A stretch of 33,886 bases of DNA from Octopus bimaculoides (Eukaryota), in assembly GCF_001194135.2 (NCBI RefSeq), contig NC_068997.1:47960804-47994689 (forward strand), read 5' to 3'. Shown in pieces: positions 1 through 10,546 of this stretch; within the stretch, counting starts at the first letter, position 1, and each line of letters opens with the position of its first letter. Under the pieces are notes generated by a model. That model was not told the origin of the DNA. It was given only the letters and a program-made list of their open reading frames with translations, and ran no database searches. The translations under genes were made by a program, and so were the position numbers.

Positions 1-82
1 TATATATATATATACACACATATATATACATACATATATATACATGCATATATATACGGGAATATATATATATAAATTAAAT

Positions 83-240
83 CAATCCAGTAGCTGACTG
101 GTACTGTGTATTTTCTTGTCTGAGGGAGGATAAAAGTGATAGTTTAATTCAAAGAAATCTGAATTCAGAATGTAAAGGGAGGTAACTAAATACGGCAAAA
201 AATGTTGATGTCTCGTAAACAATTCTGACAATCCACTGCC
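83..240 (-). mobile_element. Degenerate SINE (family 'B' of this window), antisense
   Basis: The reverse complement aligns loosely with the + strand copies at 17928-18137 and 31931-32076 (ctggtact..., gaattcagaatgt, ...tctgacaatccactgcc versus ggcaggcgagctgccagaatcgttagc). Confidence 0.55.
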
Positions 241-249
241 CTTCGTTAT

Positions 250-302
250 GCAGACGCTTGACCAGCTGGAAATAGATACCCACTATTGCCTTTAAAAAAG
301 GA
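250..302 (+). repeat. Fragment of dispersed repeat (tail type 'C')
   Basis: gacgcttgaccagctggaaatag resembles ggccgctcgacatgctagaaatagc at about 27536 and the related motifs at 11593 and 13571. Confidence 0.4.
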
Positions 303-540
303 CTTATTGTGTATGTAGATTTCCCGATGCAATTATACGGAATGATTATATTTGATACGTCTGTGGTCAGTGGCTGCTCGATCAGTGTTACTTGCTGCTA
401 AGCAACAGCAGACAACAGCAGCAGCGGTAACCACAACAACGGTAACAGCACCACTATTTAATACGTGTTGCGTTGTTTATCGCTGATTCATTCATCATTG
501 ATTCAGGATAACACGGTATGCTCAATTACGACCCATGTTA

Positions 541-966
541 CGCTTATCACTGATTGATCTGGGAGAACACGGACCGGTGATCAGTCGAAGATTCTGTTTG
601 TACCCACAATACTCAGGTGGTACCCAGAATGCACAGATTATTGCTTGTGTTTACTGCTACGAGGAAGCGTATAATTTTATATGGATTACGCACTTGTACC
701 CATCAACATGGGATCTTTGTACAGAAAAACTACGAAGACACCTCATCCTAGCAAACGAAGCAGACAAGTGTATTCTCTGCAAGAAAAAGGTAGAAATGAC
801 CAAGAAAATACGTAACGGCGGAAGCTTACTTGCTGTGGGTCGTGAGTTTGGTGTCAATGAATCTACCATTCGTTCCATTTACAAAGTGCATGGAGATAAA
901 TGATTCTTTCATCACTGTGTTTTTTTTTTTTACCAAATATCCGTGATAAACGAGGATTGGCGTGCT
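541..966 (+). mobile_element. Tigger/pogo-like DNA transposon remnant with CENP-B/Psq-type HTH fragment
   Basis: 781-885 translates KKKVEMTKKIRNGGSLLAVGREFGVNESTIRSIYK, matching the N-terminal HTH pattern of pogo/Tigger transposases (K.EII...E.G.S...IAREFGV..STIR.I.K). An imperfect inverted repeat flanks it: cgcttatcactgatt (541-555) versus tatccgtgataaacg (938-952), 12/15 matches. No DDE domain is present. Confidence 0.65.
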
Positions 967-1185
967 AGAAAATGGGGAAAGCCTCTACGTAGTGACGGTG
1001 GAAGCTTAGTTGCTGTGGGTCGCGACAACAACAACAACAGCAAAGATGCAAGCAGCAGCAGCAGCAGCAGCAATATAAAGCTAAATGCTTCGTAGCAAGA
1101 GACATTAGAACGTTGATTTGGTCTGAAAAGGAAACGAACCTAACGTTTCGCTCATTTTACCACCTCCCCCTCGTCCACCACTCCC

Positions 1186-1633
1186 NNNNNNNNNNNNNNN
1201 NNNNNNNNNNNNNNNNNNNNNNNNNNNNNNNNNNNNNNNNNNNNNNNNNNNNNNNNNNNNNNNNNNNNNNNNNNNNNNNNNNNNNNNNNNNNNNNNNNNN
1301 NNNNNNNNNNNNNNNNNNNNNNNNNNNNNNNNNNNNNNNNNNNNNNNNNNNNNNNNNNNNNNNNNNNNNNNNNNNNNNNNNNNNNNNNNNNNNNNNNNNN
1401 NNNNNNNNNNNNNNNNNNNNNNNNNNNNNNNNNNNNNNNNNNNNNNNNNNNNNNNNNNNNNNNNNNNNNNNNNNNNNNNNNNNNNNNNNNNNNNNNNNNN
1501 NNNNNNNNNNNNNNNNNNNNNNNNNNNNNNNNNNNNNNNNNNNNNNNNNNNNNNNNNNNNNNNNNNNNNNNNNNNNNNNNNNNNNNNNNNNNNNNNNNNN
1601 NNNNNNNNNNNNNNNNNNNNNNNNNNNNNNNNN
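1186..1633. other. Assembly gap. Other N-runs: 2302-2430, 5895-6204, 7953-8615, 10360-10446, 12267-13227, 18571-18784, 20564-21007, 25251-25657, 25972-25981, 28940-29018
   Basis: Runs of n, most bordered by microsatellites. Confidence 1.
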
Positions 1634-1727
1634 GCACCTGCTCCTCCTTCTCCTTCTCCTTACAGCAACAATACATAAAGTATTGTTGCCTTGGTTGCAC
1701 CAGATTCATTGGATTCGAGATTCTACT

Positions 1728-1741
1728 TAATAATAATGATG

Positions 1742-1805
<64 letters not shown>

Positions 1806-1813
1806 TGATGATG
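1728..1813. repeat. (AAT)n/(GAT)n microsatellite
   Basis: Direct reading. Confidence 0.98.
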
Positions 1814-1984
1814 CTTCAAGTGTTTATGTTAAATTCAATATGTCGTCGTAAGAGTAAGAATCTAAAAGACCATTGAATGACTTCAGACAGTTATTGTTGC
1901 GTAGATTCCAGCGAAGGTGGTTTTAATTCTTCATTTGAGACCAATGAGTTCCTTGTTTATTGGAGAAATGTCGACAGTATGAGA

Positions 1985-2253
1985 CTAACAACACAGACAC
2001 AGATACACACACAGGTGCACCTACACACACACACGCGCGCGCGCACGCACATATATGTATTATGTATATATGTATATGTGTATACTTGCATGTATGTTAT
2101 GTATCTGTGTATGTGTGTATCTACATATGTATGTGTATGTATGTATGTATGTATGTATATGTATATATAGGTATATATATATATATGTGCGTGTGTATAG
2201 AAAGCAAGCGAAAGAGAAGGGAACGATTAATCCTTCGCATACCCAGAGGCACG

Positions 2254-2301
<48 letters not shown>

Positions 2302-2430
2302 NNNNNNNNNNNNNNNNNNNNNNNNNNNNNNNNNNNNNNNNNNNNNNNNNNNNNNNNNNNNNNNNNNNNNNNNNNNNNNNNNNNNNNNNNNNNNNNNNNN
2401 NNNNNNNNNNNNNNNNNNNNNNNNNNNNNN

Positions 2431-2475
<45 letters not shown>

Positions 2476-2880
2476 AATATATTTGTATGTGTATAAATAT
2501 ATATTTATCTTTAAGTACATACACAGGCACACATGTAGATGGACGCATACAACCTCACATACAAACAAATATATACCCGAATATCTACACACCACACGCA
2601 CAAAGAAGCTGGCATACATACATACATACATTCATATGCATAAATCATAGTCACACACACCGAGAGATAAAGATATATACACGAGATATATACACAGACA
2701 CCACGCGCGTACACACACATACACACACTCACTAACATTCATATTCATATACACACACACATACACAAGAACACAGTAGCACACACACATAACACGCAAA
2801 CATACACCAGCTCTCACACGCAAACACGCACATACACATACCCATACACACGAGTACCGATACACGTACACACACCACAA
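1985..2880. repeat. Compound (CA)n/(TA)n/(TATG)n microsatellite field, spanning a gap
   Basis: Direct reading. Confidence 0.95.
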
Positions 2881-3007
2881 GCCTATCTCATTACTTCCCA
2901 CCGTGTCATTGTTTACTAGCGTCTGTTGTAATTTAATATATTTACATAAGTCTTTTAAAAGTCAAATGTTCATTAAAAATATAAATAAATGCAGATAAAT
3001 CTACAAT

Positions 3008-3044
<37 letters not shown>

Positions 3045-3123
3045 GACATATTCTCATATATATATATATATACACAACGCGCATACATATGAAAAGATTA
3101 TATAACCGCGTACGCACGTCTGT

Positions 3124-3160
<37 letters not shown>

Positions 3161-3419
3161 TTCATTCTTTTATTCCTTTATTCTACCATACATTTATTGG
3201 TTTCTGGTTATTGGGTCTGATATGATCGACTTAAATTATAGACTTGATATGATCCACTAAATTCATGAAGCCGGTATCCTATACAGAATTTCCGTGCATA
3301 AATAACAACAGCGATCTTTAAGTGATCTCAACAGTAAAGGCAACTCAGAAGACAGACGCATTCACAAACATCTACGCTGATACACACACACACACTCATG
3401 CACCCACGCATGCGCGCGC

Positions 3420-3462
<43 letters not shown>

Positions 3463-3702
3463 TTATTTAATAACAGCTTGATGCGTTTCCATGCAACTTA
3501 AAGATCCGTAGGCTCATCACACAAACGTAGCTCGTCCGGTTTGATTCGTGTGACGAATTTACGAAATTTGATGTTGCATGGGAACCGAACGAAACTGTAG
3601 TTAGAAAATACATACAACTTCTACGAAATGTTTTGAGTGTCTCTAACCGAAAGGCAACAAGTATAGCCGTCACTATAGTGATAGAGGGTACTAGTAACAC
3701 CA

Positions 3703-4087
3703 AATAAATAAATTAAGGACTCTGTCGGTCACGAACGACCATGGGTGCACCTAAGAGGTTTCCCTCTGGGGTTCAAATCAGGGCAGAAAGTTGCCTCACT
3801 GACGAACGCACAACCTAGGGTTGTTTTTATGGATGACCAGCAGTTGCCCATGCATACCACTCTCCCCTCTTCATGCCACCGATGTTGCCCAAAGGTAAGG
3901 CAAAGGGGCCGATACAGCTTGGCACCAGTGACGTCGCAACTCATTTCTGCAGCTGGGTGAACTGGATGGAGCAACTTGAAATAAAGTGTCTTGCTCAAGA
4001 ACACAACACGCAGCCCGGTCCGGGAATCGAATTCATAGCCTCATGATCGTAAGCTCGACGCTCTAACCGCTGAACCAAGCGCCTTCA
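3703..4087 (-). mobile_element. Full-length tRNA-derived SINE (head A + core + tail X)
   Basis: On the minus strand: A-box-like tggttcagcgg (4067-4077), B-box-like gaattcgattccc (4022-4034) and core tgtgttcttgagcaagacactt. It ends in a (TTTA)n-like tail. A 7-bp direct repeat aacacca at 3696-3702 and 4088-4094 is a candidate TSD. Confidence 0.85.
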
Positions 4088-4993
4088 AACACCAGTCATT
4101 ACTAGAAATAAGAGCCAAAAGAACTCTTAGCCACGTGAGAGCACTTTTCTAACGACTGACAAGGGAGATAAACTCCCTCTCTACGGCAAGCGAGATTGAG
4201 TTGATTTCAGATTTGACTAATCTTCGTCAGTGAGCCATTACTCCGTCACAGAGGGTTAAAGAACTCAACTCACGCTATCTGTCTTACAAAGCACATCATA
4301 GGAAACATTCGCTGCTTCCGAAAATTTGGTAGTGCACATGTTCAATCGTTCATCAGTTATCGACCAAATATCAGCACAATTTTATGGTTACCATAGTTTA
4401 ATTTGGTAGCGCCAAGAACAAACGTTGCTGGGGTATAAATCAGGGAACACGAGTACGAACAAGAACAAAATAAGACAAGTATAAAAATAAGAAGATGAGA
4501 AATAAAGAACGAGGCATGAGGATGATGGAAAATTATATTAAACGAAAAAGCAAAGAAAGTAACGAAAACGACGGAGATGTTGACACAAGTAAAACAAGAC
4601 TTGTGCGAATATAACGCTACGAGGAAAGAATGTTGTCCGTTTGGCTGTGGGAAATATATATATATAGAAAAACAAGAAACGGGAACTTAGGCGTTGGCAA
4701 ACCATATGCTGTAATTGAATTTAAAGTCTTAGACAAATCAGGATTTGAATAGAATATTACTGATGAAAAGAAGGGTCGGTACCAATAAGAATGGGTAATT
4801 TTAAGAAAGAATGATGGTCATGTGGTATCTGTTGGGAGGGCAGAGAAAGACAGAGCAGTTGAGTATTGAAAGAAAAAGAAAGAGTGTTATAGAAGGAGGG
4901 GTCGCATAGGGAAAAATGAATGAATAAGAATTGACAACACTAGAAGGAGGAGAGGGGAGAGGTATGTAGATAGAGAGAGAATGATAGATGGAG

Positions 4994-5360
4994 TGTTGGC
5001 ACTCCGTCACTTACGCCGTCGAGGGTTCCAGTTGATCTGATCAACTGGAATTAACGTGCAAGTGGTTGAGCACTCCACAGACACGTGTACCCTTAATGTA
5101 GTTCTCGGGGATATTCAGCGTGACACAGTGTGACAAGGCTGACCCTTTAAATTACAGGCACAACAGAAACAGGAAGAAAGAGTGAGAGAAAGTTGTGGGG
5201 GAAGAGTACAGCAGGGTTCGCCACCATCCCCTGCCGGAGCCTCATGGAGCTTTAGGTGTTTTCGCTCAATAAACACTCACAACACCCAGTCTTGGAATCG
5301 AAACCGCGATCCTATGACCGCGAGTCCGCTGCCCTAACCACTGGGCCATTGCGCCTCCAC
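4994..5360 (-). mobile_element. Full-length tRNA-derived SINE (different head/body + tail Y) with 11-bp TSD
   Basis: On the minus strand: A box tggcccagtgg (5338-5348) and B box ggtttcgattcc (5294-5305). The tail is shared with the copies at 7183, 8846 and 15932. A perfect TSD gatagatggag lies at 4983-4993 and 5361-5371. Confidence 0.92.
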
Positions 5361-5852
5361 GATAGATGGAGGGTAAGACAGGAAATGTAGAAGGAATAGT
5401 CAGTGAAACGAGAAAAGGTAGAAGGAAAGAAGGCTGAATGGTAAGGGAAGAAAAGGATAGACGGAAAAAGCAGTAGAAAAGTAAGGTAAGAAAGGAACAG
5501 AAGTCAGGTAGTTGATTAAACAGGCGTTGTCGTACTGGTAGAGAAAATGGAAATAAAGCGCGTAGTATTACAATTAATGACGATGATAGTAATAAAACGT
5601 TACAGAGGAAGACGACAAAGGAACATACGGAGGACAGGGGAAAAAGACCTCACGAAGGACGTGGACATTCTCAAACCCTGATTCTTTATCGACCAAATAA
5701 TCATCTAAATCTAGTAACCATCGTATCATATACCTATGTTTTCTATACCAGGTGACGAGAAGACAGTTTAGTAATTATGTATAATTTATCTGCACATTAC
5801 CGATATAAACATAGTTCCATTTCCAGGGAAAATACATTGAACACTTACGCCG

Positions 5853-5894
<42 letters not shown>

Positions 5895-6204
5895 NNNNNN
5901 NNNNNNNNNNNNNNNNNNNNNNNNNNNNNNNNNNNNNNNNNNNNNNNNNNNNNNNNNNNNNNNNNNNNNNNNNNNNNNNNNNNNNNNNNNNNNNNNNNNN
6001 NNNNNNNNNNNNNNNNNNNNNNNNNNNNNNNNNNNNNNNNNNNNNNNNNNNNNNNNNNNNNNNNNNNNNNNNNNNNNNNNNNNNNNNNNNNNNNNNNNNN
6101 NNNNNNNNNNNNNNNNNNNNNNNNNNNNNNNNNNNNNNNNNNNNNNNNNNNNNNNNNNNNNNNNNNNNNNNNNNNNNNNNNNNNNNNNNNNNNNNNNNNN
6201 NNNN

Positions 6205-6261
<57 letters not shown>

Positions 6262-6779
6262 TGTATATATAAGCATAAGTGTTCTATATATTTTCCCTAG
6301 AATTGAGACTATGTTTATATCGATAAAGTATAGATAAATTATACATAATTGCCAAACTGTCTTGCTGTCATCCGGCGTAGAAAACGTAGGTTACTAGTTT
6401 TATATACGCTATTGTTGCGACAAATTAGACCAGCCGGAAAGGTAGACTAACATCTTCAAATACAGCCAAAATATCTTTACGTAAACAAACACGAACTATA
6501 TCTACCCGCATTCTACCGTATCTGTCTCATTTATGGTTACTACTAGAATCGGAGTTGGGGGTATATAGAAAATTAATGGGCAGTGGTGAGAGTGCAGTGT
6601 GTGCATATATTGCATCCTATACAAGTCAAATTTTATATCTGTGTGTGCGGTATGTTCACCTCTTAACTGATATGAATCTGGGAGCACACGTCTCGTAGTT
6701 CAACTGGCGTTCTGCGTGCCTTAGTGTCTTCTGCTGGATTACAGATAACATAGGGTTATACAACAAGTGTGACAACGTC

Positions 6780-7120
6780 CCTTCACATAGATCTAATACT
6801 TGTAACATAGTGCAATACCTCCCATAAAGACCAGCATTTCCCCAATTCACATACGTACACTAACATTTTCCGCACAGAGAGTAAAACACCCCCATGTGGG
6901 CAAACATCTTTCACACAAACCAACACGTTCCAATATAGAACATCAAAGACAAGAAATTCCCCACAAATCAAACCCTTTCCTAATAGACTAACCGCTCTCG
7001 TAAAGACCAATATATTTCTGATCCACATGCAGAAGCGTTTCCTACACAAACGAAATTCTTCCCACATGGGCTGACACCTCGCACATAGACGAACATCTTC
7101 CCATACAGACCAATAAAGAC
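6780..7120. repeat. Degenerate ~19-20 bp minisatellite (approximate consensus cttcccacatagaccaacat), about 17 units
   Basis: acatag-like anchors recur every 19-20 nt (for example 6785, 6805; 6913, 6933; 7025, 7044, 7064, 7083, 7103). Confidence 0.75.
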
Positions 7121-7182
7121 AATCATGTACTTATAGCTTATATCCTAATACACCAAATATAACGATCTACGTAACCTAACTA

Positions 7183-7468
7183 CCTGGCACTTCGTCGGTT
7201 AGGATGACGAGGGCTCCAGTTTATGTGATCAACGAAACGGCCGGCTCATAAAATTAACGTACCCTTCACATAAATCTCCAGAAGATTCAGCATGACAGAG
7301 AACAGGACAAGGCTGGCCCTTTGAAATACGGACACTAGTCACTGTGTGGACTGGAGCAACGTGAAATAAAGTCACTTTCTCAAGTACACAATACACCATG
7401 GGGAATCGAACTCACGACCCTACGATCGTGGGCCGGATACCCTAACCAATAAGCTACGCACCTTCCAC
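7183..7468 (-). mobile_element. Diverged, internally deleted tRNA-derived SINE (head A + core + tail Y)
   Basis: B box (plus strand gggaatcgaactc), core ggactggagcaacgtgaaataaagt, tail tggcacttcgtcggtt. Confidence 0.8.
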
Positions 7469-7788
7469 TTCTAGGTAGGGTCGCAATAAAGGCTTCAGTT
7501 TCGCGGGCAATCACGACCAACTCGATTCTCGTTTCCTTGCCATTTTGTGACCAACTCTCAAGTACCCTTATAGTCACCATACACCCAGTCGTTCTTCCCC
7601 CAAGATATCATATCAATGGAACTTTCTCCCCTCACAAGACTTTCCGTTAAGTGTCGAAATGATCCAATAAGAATATCAATGTCATCGATATCATTGAGCT
7701 CAAAGGACTTGCAAACACTATAAGGTATGTCCCTTCGCTCAGACGCAGGAAATAATAATAAATAAATTTTTTAAAAGCCTTACGCATA

Positions 7789-7952
7789 GTGCAGACATGG
7801 TTGTATGGTTAAGAAGCTGGCTTTGCAACCACTTTGTTTCGGGTTCAGTCCCACCTTGGGCAAGTATCATCTTCGATAACCTCGGATTAACCAATATATT
7901 GTGAGTGAATTTGGTACGCGGAAACTGTGTGGAAGCTCGTTGTATGTATATA
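7789..7952 (+). mobile_element. SINE 5' part (third head type), running into a TA repeat and gap
   Basis: A-box-like tggttgtatgg, B-box-like gggttcagtccc, CORE-like ccttgggcaagt, ending ggaaactg...gaagctcgttgtatgtatata. Confidence 0.65.
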
Positions 7953-8845
7953 NNNNNNNNNNNNNNNNNNNNNNNNNNNNNNNNNNNNNNNNNNNNNNNN
8001 NNNNNNNNNNNNNNNNNNNNNNNNNNNNNNNNNNNNNNNNNNNNNNNNNNNNNNNNNNNNNNNNNNNNNNNNNNNNNNNNNNNNNNNNNNNNNNNNNNNN
8101 NNNNNNNNNNNNNNNNNNNNNNNNNNNNNNNNNNNNNNNNNNNNNNNNNNNNNNNNNNNNNNNNNNNNNNNNNNNNNNNNNNNNNNNNNNNNNNNNNNNN
8201 NNNNNNNNNNNNNNNNNNNNNNNNNNNNNNNNNNNNNNNNNNNNNNNNNNNNNNNNNNNNNNNNNNNNNNNNNNNNNNNNNNNNNNNNNNNNNNNNNNNN
8301 NNNNNNNNNNNNNNNNNNNNNNNNNNNNNNNNNNNNNNNNNNNNNNNNNNNNNNNNNNNNNNNNNNNNNNNNNNNNNNNNNNNNNNNNNNNNNNNNNNNN
8401 NNNNNNNNNNNNNNNNNNNNNNNNNNNNNNNNNNNNNNNNNNNNNNNNNNNNNNNNNNNNNNNNNNNNNNNNNNNNNNNNNNNNNNNNNNNNNNNNNNNN
8501 NNNNNNNNNNNNNNNNNNNNNNNNNNNNNNNNNNNNNNNNNNNNNNNNNNNNNNNNNNNNNNNNNNNNNNNNNNNNNNNNNNNNNNNNNNNNNNNNNNNN
8601 NNNNNNNNNNNNNNNTATATATATACATATATATGAACAAATGAACATATTTAAATTAGAAATATATGTGTGTGTGTGTGTGTATTTATGTATGTGCGTG
8701 TTTATGTGTGTGTATGCATATGTGAGTGTATGCATAGTGCGCGTATGTGTGTGTAGGTGTGTGTCTGTGTGTCTTTGTCGCCACCACCACTTCACAACAG
8801 CTGCCATTTTGTGAACGTTCACGTAAATTAGCGGGTTGGCAACAA

Positions 8846-9145
8846 GCTGGCACTCCGTCGGTTGCGACGATGAGGGTTTCAACTGATCCGATCAACGGAA
8901 CAATCTGCTCGTGAAACTAACGTGCAAGTGGCTGAGTACTCCACAGACACGCTTACCTCTAACGTAGTTCTCGGGGAGATTCAGCGTGACACAGAATGCA
9001 GGCCCTACTACTCATTTTCGCCAGCTGAGTGGACCGGAGCAACTTGAAAGAAAGTGTCTTGCTCACGGACACAGGGGTCCGCAGGAAATCGAACTCACGA
9101 CCTCACGATTGTGAACCGATTACCTAAGCCACTAAGCCACGTGTC
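8846..9145 (-). mobile_element. tRNA-derived SINE (head A + core + tail Y) with 8-bp TSD
   Basis: Same modules as 15932-16240 in reverse orientation. Direct repeat ggcaacaa at 8838-8845 and 9146-9153. Confidence 0.88.
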
Positions 9146-9214
9146 GGCAACAAAAAATGAAAAAACAAAACAACTTATTAAATAAGTACGAAACTTATTA
9201 AATAAAAAAAATAA

Positions 9215-9302
9215 TAATTCCGGGGTCGATTTGAACGCCTAAACTCTTCAACGCAGTGCTCCAGCTTGGTCGTAGTACAGTGAATGAACCAAATAAAAGA
9301 TA
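9215..9302 (+). mobile_element. SINE 3' tail fragment with LINE-like terminus
   Basis: ggggtcgatttg...gcagtgctccagcttggtcgtagt...aataaaaga resembles the LINE 3' end at 25936-25971 and the tails at 16391 and 27251. Confidence 0.6.
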
Positions 9303-9319
9303 AACGATAGTCCACTATC

Positions 9320-9425
9320 TACTTCCACATAGACTAAAATTACCCCAAACCTTTCCACGTAGGCCAGAATCAAAAACGTTGGCAAACTTCTTGCCACATA
9401 GACTCACACTTCCTTACATAGACTT
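9320..9425. repeat. Second patch of the ~20-bp ccacatagac minisatellite
   Basis: cttccacatagac (9322), ccacatagac (9394), ttacatagac (9414). Confidence 0.6.
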
Positions 9426-9912
9426 CTGCCGTTGCTTTCAGCTGTTAAACAAACACGTTTGTACATAGTTTCTCGAATCTTTGGGAAGAGATAAGGAATT
9501 GCAACATGGCGAGCGAACGAAAGTTGTCGTGTTGTTTTTATATCAGGTTTGTATTTGAAGGCGTTTGTTCCCTTCCCGTTCCCAGAGATTGCCTACTTGA
9601 ATGTGTAAATGTGTGTAATGTATGTGAGTGCATGCTTGCGTGTGTGTGTGGGTCAGTGTATGTATGCATGTATGTGTATGAATATATTTGTATGGATGTG
9701 TGCGTATTTGTGTGCATATGAATGTGCGCATGTGTGTGTAGATTTTGTGTGTGTGTGTGTGTGTGTATTTGTGTGCGTGTGTGTTTATGTGTTTGTTCGC
9801 GGTTTGCGATATATACAAGTTACATTGTTTGTACAGACTTATTTCTCTAATATATATGGCTTCTTAGTGTGAATTAATGAGTATGTATATATATATGCCA
9901 GTCTGTCCGACT

Positions 9913-9943
<31 letters not shown>

Positions 9944-10212
9944 CGTCTGTCTGTATGTATGTATACATGTTTGTATGTATGTATGCATTTCTGTATGTAT
10001 GTATGCATGTTGCTTGTGTATATGTGTTTATATATTTCTGTATACATGCTATGTATGTGTGGGTATATGTACAAGCATATACGCAAAGAGTATATACACA
10101 AAAATGTGTATCTATGTTTATTTACATCTGGCCAAAATAATTACCAACTCATGCACATGTACTCAATCGTATGTTTGCATAAACAAAGAACTATATATAC
10201 ATATGCATATGT

Positions 10213-10255
<43 letters not shown>

Positions 10256-10546
10256 AAAGTATGGGGTGTATATGTATTTGTATATATATATATATATAGA
10301 AGTATGTATATATATGCATATATACATACATACATACATACACACACACATATATCTATNNNNNNNNNNNNNNNNNNNNNNNNNNNNNNNNNNNNNNNNN
10401 NNNNNNNNNNNNNNNNNNNNNNNNNNNNNNNNNNNNNNNNNNNNNNATAATTACCAACTCATGCACATGTACTCAATCGTATGTTTGCATAAACAAAGAA
10501 CTATATATACATATACACATTATATATATATCTATATATAAACGTA

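Noticed and set aside
535-903. 122-aa ORF as a host gene
   Set aside because: Only about 35 residues are recognisable (transposase HTH). The rest appears to be fortuitous read-through.
6780-7120. CRISPR-like array
   Set aside because: The units are contiguous and degenerate with no unique spacers, the context is eukaryotic, and no cas genes are present.
8803-8822. YY1-like gccattttg next to the 12-bp palindrome gtgaacgttcac
   Set aside because: Short motifs of this kind are expected by chance in about 30 kb, and there is no supporting context.
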